In this document: positions 35,192 to 46,536 of the stretch, piece by piece | Layout: each line of letters starts with the position of its first letter | Position numbering within the stretch: the first letter of the stretch is position 1 | Program-made: the position numbers and the translations under genes | Assembly (NCBI GenBank): GCA_043764155.1 | Contig: JAYUKW010000031.1 | Location: 71,439-135,438 of the forward strand | From: Bdellovibrionales bacterium | GTDB taxonomy: Bacteria > Bdellovibrionota > Bdellovibrionia > Bdellovibrionales > UBA1609 | DNA length: 64,000 nucleotides | Direction of reading: 5' to 3' | Notes under the pieces: model-generated | Seen by the model: only the letters and a program-made list of their open reading frames with translations | What the model was told of the DNA's origin: nothing | The model's database searches: none

Positions 35192-36715
35192 CTACTCCCA
35201 CTCAATAGTTCCCGGAGGTTTGCTACTGACATCATAAACCACGCGGTTCACACCTTTGACTTCATTTGTAATACGATTTGAAACTCTGGATAAAAATTCA
35301 AATTCGAAGGGATACCAATGGGCAGTCATACCATCGACAGAGGTGACTGCTCTTAAAGCCACAACCTTATCATAGGTTCTAGAGTCCCCTTGCACACCAA
35401 CAGCTCGGATAGGAAGTAAGACAGCAAAGGCTTGCCAGATTTTATCATAAAGGCCGGCCTTTCTAATTTCATCTATGTAAACGGCATCGGCCTCTTGAAG
35501 AATTTTAACATCTTCAGGGTGAATCTCGCCTAAAATACGAATCCCTAAACCTGGTCCTGGGAAGGGATGACGATCAATTAAGTACGCCGGCATATCTAAG
35601 GCTTTCCCGATTCTTCGAACTTCATCTTTAAATAAATCACGAAGTGGTTCGATCAATTTTAAATTTAAATCTTTAGGCAACCCACCGACATTGTGATGGG
35701 ATTTAATAGTCACACTCGATCCGGTTGGCGATACACTTTCAATCACATCAGGGTAAAGAGTTCCTTGAGCCAACCACTTAATATTTTTATCTTTAGGAAT
35801 TTGTGCTTTGAAAACTTTAATAAATGTATGTCCTATCGCAATTCGTTTCTCTTCAGGATCAGATTTTCCTTTTAAGGCATCAAAGAAATCTTTTTCAGCT
35901 CTCACTCCTTTTACATTTAGACCTAAGCCATCATAGGATTTTAAAACCTCATCGAATTCATTTTTTCTAAGTAAACCCGTATCGACAAAAACACACATGA
36001 CTCGATCAGGCCCAAATATTTTAGTAAGTATAGTGGCCGTTACACTTGAATCTACCCCACCGGATAAACCACACAAAATCACTTCATCGTCTTTAACTTC
36101 AGATTTATATTTATCCGTTAAACTTTGCAAAATTTCTTTGGGCTTCCATAATTTTTGAACTCGTGGAGTTTTTTGTAAAAATCTTTCGAACCACAAATGA
36201 CCATTTTCAGTGTGGGTCACTTCAGCATGAAACTGTAAACATAATATATTTTCAGATTCTAAAGCCGCGGGAAAACCGTTTTCGCTCACAGCAATCTGTT
36301 TTAATTCTTTTGGAATTTCAGAAATCACATCCCCATGGGACATCCAGACTTTTGAATTTTTTAAATCTGAAGTTTTTGAAATCACTTCTGAAAGACCGTA
36401 CTCACGATGATTAGAGCTTGTAACTTTGCCCCCAAGCTTGTGAACAATCAGCTGCATGCCGTAACAGACACCTAAGATTGGGGCTATCGCTAACAATTCA
36501 ACGATGTCCCGAACAAAGCCTTCTTTGTCTGTCACAGATCTAGGGCCACCGCTTAAAACAATTCCAGCAGGATGTCTGGATTTAATGATTTCAGTTTTAT
36601 AATTATAGGGATGGACTTCGGAGTAAATTCCCATTTCACGAAAACGTCTAGCGATTAATTGTGTGTACTGGGACCCAAAATCTAAAATTAAAATCCCTGA
36701 ATTTAAATTATCCAT
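35192..36715 (-). CDS. guaA: GMP synthase (glutamine-hydrolysing)
   Basis: GATase GVCYGMQL, PP-loop CGLSGGVDSSV, C-terminal KPPGTIEWE. Confidence 0.97.
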   Translation of the reverse strand: MDNLNSGILILDFGSQYTQLIARRFREMGIYSEVHPYNYKTEIIKSRHPAGIVLSGGPRSVTDKEGFVRDIVELLAIAPILGVCYGMQLIVHKLGGKVTSSNHREYGLSEVISKTSDLKNSKVWMSHGDVISEIPKELKQIAVSENGFPAALESENILCLQFHAEVTHTENGHLWFERFLQKTPRVQKLWKPKEILQSLTDKYKSEVKDDEVILCGLSGGVDSSVTATILTKIFGPDRVMCVFVDTGLLRKNEFDEVLKSYDGLGLNVKGVRAEKDFFDALKGKSDPEEKRIAIGHTFIKVFKAQIPKDKNIKWLAQGTLYPDVIESVSPTGSSVTIKSHHNVGGLPKDLNLKLIEPLRDLFKDEVRRIGKALDMPAYLIDRHPFPGPGLGIRILGEIHPEDVKILQEADAVYIDEIRKAGLYDKIWQAFAVLLPIRAVGVQGDSRTYDKVVALRAVTSVDGMTAHWYPFEFEFLSRVSNRITNEVKGVNRVVYDVSSKPPGTIEWE

Positions 36716-38172
36716 TAAGCATCCAGTCGATAATTAGGGGCTTCTTTGGTGATTGTGACGTTATGAACATGGGACTCTTTTAAACCTTGTCCAGAAATTT
36801 CAACAAACTTGGCTTTGGCTTGAAGCTCTTCAATGTTTTTAGCCCCCACGTAGCCCATTCCTGATTTTAAACCACCCATCACTTGATGAATGATCCCGCT
36901 GATAGATCCCTTGTAAGGGACTCGTCCTTCAATTCCTTCTGGCACAAGCTTATCCATGTCGTTCACGGCATCTTGAAAGTATCTGTCTTTAGAACCTAAG
37001 GACATGGCACCTAAACTTCCCATCCCACGATACACTTTATAAGTACGGCCTTGATATAAAACTGTTTCCCCTGGGCTTTCATCACAACCGGCTAACATAT
37101 TTCCAAGCATGACTGTGTTTGCACCAACAGCCAGCGCTTTAGTGACGTCCCCAGAAAATTTAATTCCTCCGTCGGATATAACTGTCTTACCAAATTTTCT
37201 AGCGACCTTTGAGCATTCAATCACCGCCGTGATTTGAGGAACTCCTACGCCGGAAACAATTCTTGTTGTACAAATACTTCCAGATCCCACGCCAACTTTG
37301 ACAACATCCGCCCCTTTTTCAAAAAGGATTTTAGCCGCATCCGCTGTCACAATATTTCCAGAAACAATAATAATATCTTTAAATTTTTTAGACGCCCAAT
37401 CCGTCATATCAATCACATTTTGTGAATGCCCGTGGGCTGTATCAATAGCGATAACATCGACCCCAGCAGCAGCTAAAGCTTCAACTCGCTCTTTATTCGC
37501 TGACCCTACACCAACGGCCGCTCCGACAAGGAGACGCCCGTAGTTATCTTTTGTGGCTCTTGGATAAGTGTGGGCTTTCTCGATATCTTTAATTGTAATC
37601 AAACCTTTTAAAAGCCCTTGATCATCAACGACTGGTAATTTTTCAATACGGTGTTTTTGAAGAATTTTTTTTGCATCATCTAAAGTCGTGCCTTCTTTGG
37701 CTGTGACTAGATTTTCTTTAGTCATCACTTTTTCAATCATCTGATCCACATTGGTTTCAAAACGTAAATCACGGTTCGTTAAAATCCCAACTAGTTTTTG
37801 ATTCACAGTGATGGGCACACCACTAATTGAGTAGTGCTTCATTAAATCCAAAGCGTCGCTGACTTTGTGCTCAGGAGAAAGAGTGATTGGATTTCTAATC
37901 ATTCCACTTTCATACTTTTTAACTTTTTCAACTTCGCTCGATTGCTCGTCTATACTTAAATTTTTGTGAATAAATCCAAGACCGCCTAACTGGGCCATGA
38001 CCCTTGCCACTTTACTTTCAGTGACCGTATCCATGGCGGCCGAAATCACCGGAGTGTTAAGATATAGATCTCTGGCAAAAAAAGATCGGGGTTCGATTTC
38101 AGTTGGAACGACAACCGAGTGTTGAGGGACTAATAGTATATCATCAAATGTGAGTGCTTTAGGAATATCCAT
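36715..38172 (-). CDS. guaB: IMP dehydrogenase
   Basis: [11 protein letters not shown] catalytic loop, CBS pair, [16 protein letters not shown] 38172 follows GGAGA; the track ORF starts at 38205. Confidence 0.97.
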   Translation of the reverse strand: MDIPKALTFDDILLVPQHSVVVPTEIEPRSFFARDLYLNTPVISAAMDTVTESKVARVMAQLGGLGFIHKNLSIDEQSSEVEKVKKYESGMIRNPITLSPEHKVSDALDLMKHYSISGVPITVNQKLVGILTNRDLRFETNVDQMIEKVMTKENLVTAKEGTTLDDAKKILQKHRIEKLPVVDDQGLLKGLITIKDIEKAHTYPRATKDNYGRLLVGAAVGVGSANKERVEALAAAGVDVIAIDTAHGHSQNVIDMTDWASKKFKDIIIVSGNIVTADAAKILFEKGADVVKVGVGSGSICTTRIVSGVGVPQITAVIECSKVARKFGKTVISDGGIKFSGDVTKALAVGANTVMLGNMLAGCDESPGETVLYQGRTYKVYRGMGSLGAMSLGSKDRYFQDAVNDMDKLVPEGIEGRVPYKGSISGIIHQVMGGLKSGMGYVGAKNIEELQAKAKFVEISGQGLKESHVHNVTITKEAPNYRLDA

Positions 38173-38189
38173 TTTTATCTCCGTTAATA

Positions 38190-38690
38190 TTATGTTATGT
38201 ACCAAGAGCTTACTTTTACATAATGAAGAGCGCTTTTTTCAAGGCCCTTGATCTCATCTTCTGTTAGCTTTCGAACTTGCTTTGCTGGTCGGCCAATAAT
38301 GAGTGAGCCTTCTTCAAAGCGAGCATTTTCAGTCACTAATGATCCCGCACCAACGATACAATTTTTTGGAATAATAGCGTGATCCATCACAATCGATCCC
38401 ATTCCTATCAAAGAATAAGACTCTATCGTGCACCCATGTAAAATCACTTTATGACCAATGGTCACATGATCTTTAACAGTGGTTTGAGCTTTCTTATAAC
38501 TCCCATGGATGACACTGCCGTCTTGAACATTTGAATTTTTACCAATGTGTATTGGCATCACATCGCCCCTTAAAACTGCCTGAAACCAAACAGACGCCCC
38601 CTCTTCAATGACAACGTCACCTAAGATATCAGCGCTTTTCGCTATAAATGTTTTTGGGTTTATTTGAGGAGACTTTCCTAAGATATTCAT
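38190..38690 (-). CDS. Gamma-class carbonic anhydrase-like / left-handed beta-helix (hexapeptide) protein
   Basis: Hexapeptide repeats throughout (IGKNSNVQDGSVIHG, IGHKVILHGCTI, IVGAGSLV). About 166 aa, YrdA/PaaY-like. Confidence 0.8.
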   Translation of the reverse strand: MNILGKSPQINPKTFIAKSADILGDVVIEEGASVWFQAVLRGDVMPIHIGKNSNVQDGSVIHGSYKKAQTTVKDHVTIGHKVILHGCTIESYSLIGMGSIVMDHAIIPKNCIVGAGSLVTENARFEEGSLIIGRPAKQVRKLTEDEIKGLEKSALHYVKVSSWYIT

Positions 38691-38741
38691 GATTATCTAA
38701 AACATAAAAAAGGAAGTTTGGCAATGAGAGTGGACTTTTCT

Positions 38742-39302
38742 TTACATCATGTATTTTTGTCGAGATTTCAAAAACGAGTTTTTCTTCAAAAGCTGAGAAG
38801 GACTGTTTTTTTCAAACACGGCCACATCTCTTGTTTTTTGAATGAAACTTTGGGTTGCATAAAACTCGATGTCTTTTTTTGAACTGCAAATAGCTAAGGC
38901 TTCAAAGGCTTTCACCTTAATCAACTGAACTGTATCTTTCAAAGTTGTCTCTAAACTTAATGTCGCTAACTGCTCATCGGACTCGACAGTGTCAAAAGTA
39001 CAAAGCTTAAGTTTGTAGTTTAATTGATTTAATATTTCATGAGCCAAGTCATAGGGATTTTTAAGACTCATTTCGCCTTCCATAGGCATAATACCAAAAG
39101 GTAAAATGGGACACCAAACAGGAAATGAAATTTTCCCTTCAAGATCTTTAAATAAAACAAATGATGACAAATCGTCACCAGTCACAGCAATACCTTGAGG
39201 AAATACTTTGATTGGTGGTTTATTATTTACAGGGTTCTTTTTTTCAGACACTTTTTTTTCTTTAATCCCTTTTAAGACTTTTGTAGCTGCACTTGATTTC
39301 AA
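38742..39302 (-). CDS. Hypothetical protein, possibly a bifunctional-nuclease (DUF151)-like domain
   Basis: FVLFKDLEGKISFPVWCPILPFGIM...NPYDLAHEILNQLNYKL loosely fits the BFN pattern. Overlaps the miaB stop by 4 nt. Confidence 0.35.
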   Translation of the reverse strand: MKSSAATKVLKGIKEKKVSEKKNPVNNKPPIKVFPQGIAVTGDDLSSFVLFKDLEGKISFPVWCPILPFGIMPMEGEMSLKNPYDLAHEILNQLNYKLKLCTFDTVESDEQLATLSLETTLKDTVQLIKVKAFEALAICSSKKDIEFYATQSFIQKTRDVAVFEKNSPSQLLKKNSFLKSRQKYMM

Positions 39303-40804
39303 ACGAGTTCACCTCTTAAGGTTTGCGGAAAGGCTTTGTAAATTTTTACGTTAACTGTCTGGCCAACTAAATGAGCGTCTCCAATAAAATGAACCACTTT
39401 GTTTTTAGTTGTTCTTCCGGTTAGGACACGCCCTAAGTCATCAAATCGTTCGACTAAAACTGGGTAGGTCTGCCCTTCATCTAAATAACATTTTTTAAAA
39501 AGCATTTCATTATGTTTATCAAAAAGTCTTTGTAATCTTTCAGATTTTTGCTCTTCAGATAATTGCTCTTCCCATTTAGCGGCTTTGGTGAATGGGCGCG
39601 GACTGTATTTAAAGGCATAAATGCTTTCATAATAAATTTCATCGATCAAAGACAACGTGTCTTCGAACTGTTGATCCGTTTCACCTGGGAACCCAACGAT
39701 AATATCCGTAGAAAAAGAGACACCAGGGACATAATCAAAAATCATTTTGGCTTTTTTAATATAGTCTTCGCGAGTGTAACCACGGTTCATTCGACTTAAA
39801 ACTTCTGAATTTCCCGCTTGAACAGGTAAATGAATATAGTCACACACTTTATCCCGATGGTCCGCGTGAACGCGCATTAATTCTTCTGTAAAGTCTTTAG
39901 GGTGACTTGTTGTGTATCTAATACGTTCAATATCTGTCTCTTGAGCTACACCTTTCAATAGGTCTGAAAAATTAACACCGCATTCAGAAAGATAAGAGTT
40001 CACATTTTGGCCTAACAAAGTGATTTCTTTAACTCCTTTTTTAGTCAAAATATTAATATCACTGATCAGATCTTTGAATGGACGACTACGCTCGCGCCCG
40101 CGGGTGAACGGAACTACACAAAAAGTACAGAAATTATCACAACCTTTTGTGATATTAATAAAACTAGAAATTCCAGGGGCACGATTTAATGTTTCGATAT
40201 GATAAGGCTTGGCATGTTCAAATTGGGTAGCAAAAAAACGATCATTTCTATTTTCTAATTGATTATAAACTTGGTGGACTAGCTGAGGCAATGTATCAAT
40301 CGCATCAGTTCCAAAAACAAAATCTAAAACAGGAATGTCTTTTAAAAGCTGGTCTTTTTCTTGTTGTGCAACACAACCCCCAACTCCAATTCTTAAATTT
40401 GGATTTTTGACCTTCATTTTTTTATAACGACCCACTTCAGAATGAACTTTGTGGACTGGCTTTTCTCGAACACTACATGAATTAATAATAATTAAATCCG
40501 CGTCGTCCACACTGTTGGAGTGGGAAAAATTCATCATTTCAAGAAGACTAGACATGCGCTCAGAATCATTTTCATTCATCTGACATCCATATGTTGAAAT
40601 AAAGTACTTCAAATTTAAATCCAAAACCTTTTGAGAAAAATCTTTTGAGCTAGATTTTAAATTTAGCCCTGAATCCAAACTTGTGTCGGACTTTAAATTA
40701 AGCTGGGGCTTAAATTTAATGATTTTACTTTTTTCAAAAAAAGGTGACGTGATATTTGGATCCATGGTGATCAAATTAATATAATTAAGGGCGTTTAGGG
40801 TCAA
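39299..40804 (-). CDS. miaB: tRNA-i6A37 methylthiotransferase (radical SAM MTTase)
   Basis: FISTYGCQMNENDSE (UPF0004 domain), CDNFCTFCVVPFTRGRERSR radical-SAM cluster, C-terminal TRAM. The N-terminal extension of about 60 aa may be non-coding. Confidence 0.9.
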   Translation of the reverse strand: MTLNALNYINLITMDPNITSPFFEKSKIIKFKPQLNLKSDTSLDSGLNLKSSSKDFSQKVLDLNLKYFISTYGCQMNENDSERMSSLLEMMNFSHSNSVDDADLIIINSCSVREKPVHKVHSEVGRYKKMKVKNPNLRIGVGGCVAQQEKDQLLKDIPVLDFVFGTDAIDTLPQLVHQVYNQLENRNDRFFATQFEHAKPYHIETLNRAPGISSFINITKGCDNFCTFCVVPFTRGRERSRPFKDLISDINILTKKGVKEITLLGQNVNSYLSECGVNFSDLLKGVAQETDIERIRYTTSHPKDFTEELMRVHADHRDKVCDYIHLPVQAGNSEVLSRMNRGYTREDYIKKAKMIFDYVPGVSFSTDIIVGFPGETDQQFEDTLSLIDEIYYESIYAFKYSPRPFTKAAKWEEQLSEEQKSERLQRLFDKHNEMLFKKCYLDEGQTYPVLVERFDDLGRVLTGRTTKNKVVHFIGDAHLVGQTVNVKIYKAFPQTLRGELV

Positions 40805-40893
40805 TCAACTAAATGTGTGACTTTTTGTATGAGTGTGGGTAATTTTTAAGAATTGTAAATGAGCTGCAACATAAAGCAATTGAAGGACAATCT

Positions 40894-41451
40894 ATGATTA
40901 AACCACGTCAAAAGGCGTCTAAAGCTTGGACCGATTTACCTGAAGATTTTAAGGTCCAAGTGGTTAATTTGTTCAAAACACATTTTAAGACCGAATCAAA
41001 AACGGGAGCTTTTAAAATCCTAGGTCGTATTTATAAAAATGAAGTAGTTTTAAGATGCTCTTATTTGCTAAACAACAGCATCAAACCTATTCAATTTGAC
41101 CTATCGACGGACTTAAAAGTGGATTCAAAAAGTAAGCCCTTGGCTATTTTTGAACTGTTAGTTGATTGTGCGGCTAACTTATTTCAATCCTCTTTTGATG
41201 AAGAAGAGTTTGGTGTTCCGGCTATTTGGACTGAAATCGATTTTGATGGAACATTAATTTATGCGAAATCAGAAAGTATAAATCCAGAACTTGAAGATGA
41301 AGCTAATAAACTTTTAGGTGAAGATTTTTTAAGCGAAGAACTTGAAGGAGATTCATTAGCTCCAGACCCTAGCTTAATTAAAGGCGAATTAGATTCTGAA
41401 GATATTGAAGTGATTGCAGATATTTTAAATAAAAATAAAAAAATTCATTAA
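40894..41451 (+). CDS. Hypothetical acidic protein
   Basis: ORF only, 185 aa, with an acidic C-terminal half. Confidence 0.45.
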   Translation: MIKPRQKASKAWTDLPEDFKVQVVNLFKTHFKTESKTGAFKILGRIYKNEVVLRCSYLLNNSIKPIQFDLSTDLKVDSKSKPLAIFELLVDCAANLFQSSFDEEEFGVPAIWTEIDFDGTLIYAKSESINPELEDEANKLLGEDFLSEELEGDSLAPDPSLIKGELDSEDIEVIADILNKNKKIH

Positions 41452-41455
41452 CTAA

Positions 41456-42607
41456 TTATTCAACGGCTCCACTTCCATTGGCTCCGGCGGGGTCGGTAGA
41501 TTCTTGACCAGGCCTGTGTGTTCCAAGCATTCTAGCTACTAAAGACTTTCTTTCTTGAATTACTTTTTCGTAGCAACCTTGCTGCTGGCAGCAAAGATCA
41601 GCGGCTAACGGAAACGCCCCGAATGGATATAAACCTTCTTCAAAAACATTAATTCCTTGGCCAGGACACTCATCCAATATCGACTCACTGCCAGACTTTG
41701 AAATAACAACCCCATTGGCATCTAAAACAGATTCACAATGTTCATTGTTAATTGAAGATAAAGAAGTAATAATTAATTTAAAACCATTGCCTTCACGAAC
41801 TAAGTTCGGCGACTTACGATAATTTTGCGGAGTAGAAATGTTTTTAGCGACCAGATCCAGTTGTGCTACTCGACTGACTCTATTATTTTCACATGTAAAA
41901 CCTATCGAACTCCAATTAAACTTTCGACTTCCAGGGGCAACTGCATTATTTGAACTCATTAAGTAACTATATTCATTTTCGTAAGATTGATTTAAAACAT
42001 CAGTGATATAGCTGTCAGCCCAAGGAACACTTATATTTTGAGTTGAAGAGCCTGTGTTTCTCCAAGCAATATAAGACCCTAAAAATGAATCTTCACTGGA
42101 TTCGGCAAACACCTCTGAAAACAAATAGTTTAAAAATGCTTTTTTTGGACTTAAAGCTTTTAATACTTCTTTATGATAATCAGAATATGTCTTTTGAGAA
42201 TTTAATCGAACGCCTATGCCATTTACAAAAATTTTCTTCTGATCAAAATTTTTAAAATCTAACACTGCAATTTTAGTGGCTGTCTTTAATGTGACTTGGG
42301 TTCCCTTTCTTGAAACATTCATTTTAGGAACAACTACAGGTTTTTTTAACATCTCTGAATCGAATTCAGCCATTTGTTTTTTTGTCGTTAAAAATTTTCG
42401 CTTAATATCTTCAGGTTTCTTAATTTCAACAGAATCTTGAGCAAATTCTGAAGCTACAAACGAATTATAATCAAATCGCTGAGTAGACTGAACTTTAGGT
42501 GCCGCTAATAAAAAGTTGGAAAATAACAAAGTGGGCATCAAAAAAGCTGAGCCTAAGATTAGCTTTTTCATCGATTTAGATTTCAAAAATGATTTTATAG
42601 TATCCAT
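41456..42607 (-). CDS. Secreted hypothetical protein with a Cys-rich C-terminus
   Basis: Signal peptide from M13 (MKKLILGSAFLMPTLLFSNFLLAAP). C-terminal CPGQ...CCQQQGC. Confidence 0.5.
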   Translation of the reverse strand: MDTIKSFLKSKSMKKLILGSAFLMPTLLFSNFLLAAPKVQSTQRFDYNSFVASEFAQDSVEIKKPEDIKRKFLTTKKQMAEFDSEMLKKPVVVPKMNVSRKGTQVTLKTATKIAVLDFKNFDQKKIFVNGIGVRLNSQKTYSDYHKEVLKALSPKKAFLNYLFSEVFAESSEDSFLGSYIAWRNTGSSTQNISVPWADSYITDVLNQSYENEYSYLMSSNNAVAPGSRKFNWSSIGFTCENNRVSRVAQLDLVAKNISTPQNYRKSPNLVREGNGFKLIITSLSSINNEHCESVLDANGVVISKSGSESILDECPGQGINVFEEGLYPFGAFPLAADLCCQQQGCYEKVIQERKSLVARMLGTHRPGQESTDPAGANGSGAVE

Positions 42608-42730
42608 AAATAAATTATTTCATGGATAGAAACATACTTAAAGTTTTATATTTAAAGTTATCCCAGCAAAGATAAGAAAACTAGACCAAAGCAAAGTAGG
42701 CCACTCATTGATTTAGAAGAATAATGAAAG

Positions 42731-43654
42731 CTAGTAATCCTCTTCCGAAGAGCGTTTACCGCTGGCCACACCTTGAACTTCTTCGAATCCATCATCATCG
42801 TCTTCAGACATAGAACTATCTGTGTCGTCAATTTCAAGTTCGTTAACAACAGACGTAAAATCTTTTTCAGTTTTTAAATCGCCCTTAAGCATTTCGACAT
42901 ACTTATCTGGGTATTTAGCTGTAAGCTCGTGAATATATTTATCTAACTTACCTTCAGTTAATATTTTTTTCTTCAACTGAATGCGCTTCCAATTCAAAAG
43001 ATAATGGTAACGGCAGTAGCCTTCAACTGCTGCAATTTCATCACATCCAGAATATTTACAAAGCACCCGACCTTCAGCATCAGTTAAAAAGATCTCGGGA
43101 GCTGAGGATAATTTCTTTTCTGCAAAATCTTGAGTCAGCTCAGCAACATTCTGAGACGACCCTTTGACGTCAGAAGACTTTTTTGAACCTGAAGATTTTA
43201 TTTCTTGTGACGTGGCTATCTTCGAGATTTTTTTTCCATCAGAAGTAGGACTTGATTTAATCTTATCTTCAGATTTTAAATTATTTTTAACAATTTTGGA
43301 TTTGTCATTTTTTGAAGCAACAGAAGCCTTAATGTCAGGTACTTTTTGAGTTATTTTTTGCGACGATTTTTGTTCAGACTTTGGTGATTTTTTTTCTACC
43401 TTTTTTGAAGTCAACTTTTCAACAAACTTGGTGATTAAACCTTTCTTCGGAGCTTGTTTTATAACTTTAGATTTTTTTATCGAACCTTTGGCTGAAGCTT
43501 GTTTTTTAATCATAACTTTTTTAGCCGATGATATTTTTTTTGATGGGGATTTTTTTGCCGGTGATTTGGCAGATGTTTTACTTGACGACTTTATTGCTGT
43601 TTTTTTAGTCTTTATATTTTTTTTTGCAGTCGTTTTTTTTGATTTAGTAGGCAT
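42731..43654 (-). CDS. Lysine-rich (histone-H1-like low-complexity) protein with a Cys/His cluster and an acidic tail
   Basis: About 150 aa of KKxxAKK/SPxKK repeats, then CKYSGCDEIAAVEGYCRYHY and a C-terminal DDTDSSMSEDDDDGFEE. Confidence 0.55.
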   Translation of the reverse strand: MPTKSKKTTAKKNIKTKKTAIKSSSKTSAKSPAKKSPSKKISSAKKVMIKKQASAKGSIKKSKVIKQAPKKGLITKFVEKLTSKKVEKKSPKSEQKSSQKITQKVPDIKASVASKNDKSKIVKNNLKSEDKIKSSPTSDGKKISKIATSQEIKSSGSKKSSDVKGSSQNVAELTQDFAEKKLSSAPEIFLTDAEGRVLCKYSGCDEIAAVEGYCRYHYLLNWKRIQLKKKILTEGKLDKYIHELTAKYPDKYVEMLKGDLKTEKDFTSVVNELEIDDTDSSMSEDDDDGFEEVQGVASGKRSSEEDY

Positions 43655-43814
43655 ATTCCCTCATAAAATTTTTTGATTTAGTAGGTGTAGAATCTGTCTG
43701 AGCTAAGCCTTAGAGTCAAGTGTCTGTAGTGGTTAAACTTGGATTGCACTTAAAGATAAATTTATTTAATCTGTGCAGGTTTTTATATTTAAACACTTTA
43801 TTCGGAGGTTTGAG

Positions 43815-44990
43815 ATGTCTTCAACTTTAATTTTTTCGGCTCAACGCACCCCTATTGGGTCATTCAACGGGTCTTTATCTTCAATGTCTTCAACTGAACT
43901 TGGGTCTAAAGCGATCGGCTCGGCTTTAAAACAATCTGGATTTAATCCAGACGACATTCAAGAGTGCATCATGGGTCAAGTCCTTGCTGCCGGAGTGGGC
44001 CAAGCCCCCGCCCGTCAATCTTGGATTAAATCTGGCGGAACAGTCTCAACTCAGTGCTTAACAATTAATAAAGTTTGTGGGTCAGGTTTAAAAGCGGTCA
44101 TGCTAGCTGATGATGCAATTAAATTAGGACGAGCAGAGGCTATTGTTTGCGGCGGACAAGAGTCCATGAGCCAATCTCCTTACTTACAGATGGGGGCGCG
44201 CGCTGGCTACAGAATGGGACATCAAACTTTAGAGGACTCTTTAATTAAAGATGGGCTATGGGATCCTTACAACAACTGGCACATGGGCAATGCCGCTGAA
44301 CTTTGCGTTCAAGAATATAAAATAAGTCGACAAGAGCAAGACGAGTTCGCAGTCGAAAGCTATAACAAAGCCCTCCAAGCCCAAAAGAAAAATTGGTTTG
44401 AAAAAGAAATTTTAACTTTGGAAATTCAAGACAGAAAAGGTCCAATTAAAATTATTCAAGATGAAGAGCCCGCGAAAGTAATGTTTGATAAGATTCTAAC
44501 ACTTCGCCCGGCCTTCGATAAAAACGGGACTGTGACGGCAGCTAACGCCAGTAAACTTAACGACGGAGCCGCCGCTTTAGTTTTAGGTAGTTCCAACATG
44601 CAGTCCAAAACATCGACGAAACCTATTGCCAAAATCATTGCTCAAGCAACATTCGCACAAGATCCGAAATGGTTCACAACAGCCCCTGTCGGAGCCATTA
44701 AAAAAGCATTAAGCTTTGCAAAAAAATCTGTCGCTGACATTGACCTTTGGGAGATCAACGAGGCCTTTTCAATAGTCACAATGGCCGCACAAAAAGATTT
44801 AAATATTCAATTTGATAAAATTAATGTTCACGGTGGAGCCGTGGCTTTGGGCCACCCTATTGGAGCCAGTGGCGCCAGAATTTTAACAACGTTGATTCAC
44901 GCTTTACATACCCATGATAAACAATTTGGTCTGGCTACTTTATGTATTGGTGGTGGCGAAGCCGTCGCTCTGATCATAGAGCGTGTGTAA
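43815..44990 (+). CDS. Acetyl-CoA C-acetyltransferase (thiolase II)
   Basis: [10 protein letters not shown] (Cys), [29 protein letters not shown] 43815 follows GGAGG. Confidence 0.93.
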   Translation: MSSTLIFSAQRTPIGSFNGSLSSMSSTELGSKAIGSALKQSGFNPDDIQECIMGQVLAAGVGQAPARQSWIKSGGTVSTQCLTINKVCGSGLKAVMLADDAIKLGRAEAIVCGGQESMSQSPYLQMGARAGYRMGHQTLEDSLIKDGLWDPYNNWHMGNAAELCVQEYKISRQEQDEFAVESYNKALQAQKKNWFEKEILTLEIQDRKGPIKIIQDEEPAKVMFDKILTLRPAFDKNGTVTAANASKLNDGAAALVLGSSNMQSKTSTKPIAKIIAQATFAQDPKWFTTAPVGAIKKALSFAKKSVADIDLWEINEAFSIVTMAAQKDLNIQFDKINVHGGAVALGHPIGASGARILTTLIHALHTHDKQFGLATLCIGGGEAVALIIERV

Positions 44991-44997
44991 AAATATT

Positions 44998-45741
44998 ATG
45001 TCACACAAAATTTATAAGTCTGCCGAAGACGCTTTAACTGGAATCAAAGACAATATGACTTTGTTAGTTGGAGGTTTTGGTCTTTGTGGAATTCCAGAAA
45101 ATTTAATTTTAGCATTACAAAAAAGCGGAGTTAAAAACTTAACCTGCGTGTCTAACAATGCTGGTGTGGATGATTTTGGCTTAGGCTTACTTCTTAAGAC
45201 CAAACAAATTAAAAAAATGATTTCAAGCTATGTGGGTGAAAACAAAACTTTTGCTGATCAGTTTTTAAGTGGAGTTTTAGACGTTGAACTGACCCCTCAG
45301 GGAACATTAGCTGAAAAGATCCGTGCAGGCGGGGCTGGAATCCCCGCGTTTTATACACCCACGGGTGTGGGCACAGAGGTGGCTAAGGGCAAAGACACAA
45401 AAGTTTTTAAAGGCAAAACTTATTTATTAGAAGAAGCGATTCAGGGCGATTTTGCTTTAATTAAAGCTTGGAAGGCCGACACTTATGGAAATTTAGTTTT
45501 CAGAAAAACAGCTGCGAACTTCAATCCCATGATGGCGACGGCTGGAAAAATCACAGTCGTTGAAGTCGAAGAGATCGTGGCTTTAGGTGAACTTGACCCA
45601 GATCAAATTCATGTTCCAGGCATTTATATCCAGCGAATTATCAAAGGCGAACATTTTGAAAAACGAATTGAACAGCTAACTATAGAAAAGTTCCAGCGAG
45701 ATGGCGGAGGGCGCGAAGCCCCTCCAAAAGCCATCGAGTGA
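44998..45741 (+). CDS. scoA: 3-oxoacid CoA-transferase subunit A
   Basis: [13 protein letters not shown] and the [20 protein letters not shown] motif. Confidence 0.9.
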   Translation: MSHKIYKSAEDALTGIKDNMTLLVGGFGLCGIPENLILALQKSGVKNLTCVSNNAGVDDFGLGLLLKTKQIKKMISSYVGENKTFADQFLSGVLDVELTPQGTLAEKIRAGGAGIPAFYTPTGVGTEVAKGKDTKVFKGKTYLLEEAIQGDFALIKAWKADTYGNLVFRKTAANFNPMMATAGKITVVEVEEIVALGELDPDQIHVPGIYIQRIIKGEHFEKRIEQLTIEKFQRDGGGREAPPKAIE

Positions 45742-45761
45742 ACTAGACAGCAAGGACAAAA

Positions 45762-46427
45762 ATGACTGAAATAAATATCGCAGATTTAGGTTGGACTCGA
45801 GAAGAGATGGCTCAGAAAATTGCTGAATCTGAAATCAAAAATGGTATGGCTGTGAATCTGGGTATTGGCATACCTACTTTAGTTAGTAACTATATCCCTA
45901 AAAATATGGACGTGATGTTTCAAAGTGAAAACGGACTTTTAGGGATGGGACCTTTTCCAACAAAAGACAAGGTCGATCCTGATTTAATCAATGCAGGTAA
46001 ACAAACTGTCACCGCTGTTTTAGGCGCAAGTTTTTTTTCTTCAGCCGACAGCTTCGCTATGATTCGCGGGGGGCATGTGGACTTAACTGTTTTAGGTGCG
46101 ATGGAAGTCGACCAAGAGGGCAACATTGCCAATTGGATGATCCCTGGAAAAATGGTGAAAGGCATGGGGGGCGCAATGGACTTAGTCGCTTCTGCTCAAA
46201 GAGTGATTGTGGTGATGCAGCACACAGATAAAACTGGAAATTCCAAATTACTAAAAAAATGTCAGTTGCCTTTAACAGGGCTTCATTGTGTTAACAAAGT
46301 GGTGACGAACTTGGGTGTATTTCAAATCAATCGAGATAAAAAAGGCAGTCAATTCAAACTTCTAGAATTAGCCAGTGGTGTAAGCCTAGACGTCGTAAAA
46401 AAATACACCGATGGTGATTTAGAATAG
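45762..46427 (+). CDS. scoB: 3-oxoacid CoA-transferase subunit B
   Basis: QSENGLLGMGP (catalytic Glu in the SENG motif) and GMGGAMDLV. Confidence 0.9.
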   Translation: MTEINIADLGWTREEMAQKIAESEIKNGMAVNLGIGIPTLVSNYIPKNMDVMFQSENGLLGMGPFPTKDKVDPDLINAGKQTVTAVLGASFFSSADSFAMIRGGHVDLTVLGAMEVDQEGNIANWMIPGKMVKGMGGAMDLVASAQRVIVVMQHTDKTGNSKLLKKCQLPLTGLHCVNKVVTNLGVFQINRDKKGSQFKLLELASGVSLDVVKKYTDGDLE

Positions 46428-46536
46428 TGTTTAGTTTGTATAATTTTCTGCAAGTTTTTCTAAATTCTAAATCAATAAAAAATTGTATTCATTAAAAGCC
46501 TGAATTAGCAGGCATACATCGTGCAGTTCAATTCAA

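Noticed and set aside
37234-37543. Two plus-strand ORFs inside guaB
   Set aside because: They are antisense shadow ORFs. The Ala/Thr/Pro-rich product is typical of the reverse frame of a GC-richer conserved gene.
43164-43676. Plus-strand ORFs opposite the lysine-rich gene
   Set aside because: Phe/Leu-rich products are the mirror image of AAA/AAG-rich coding sequence, so they are not independent genes.
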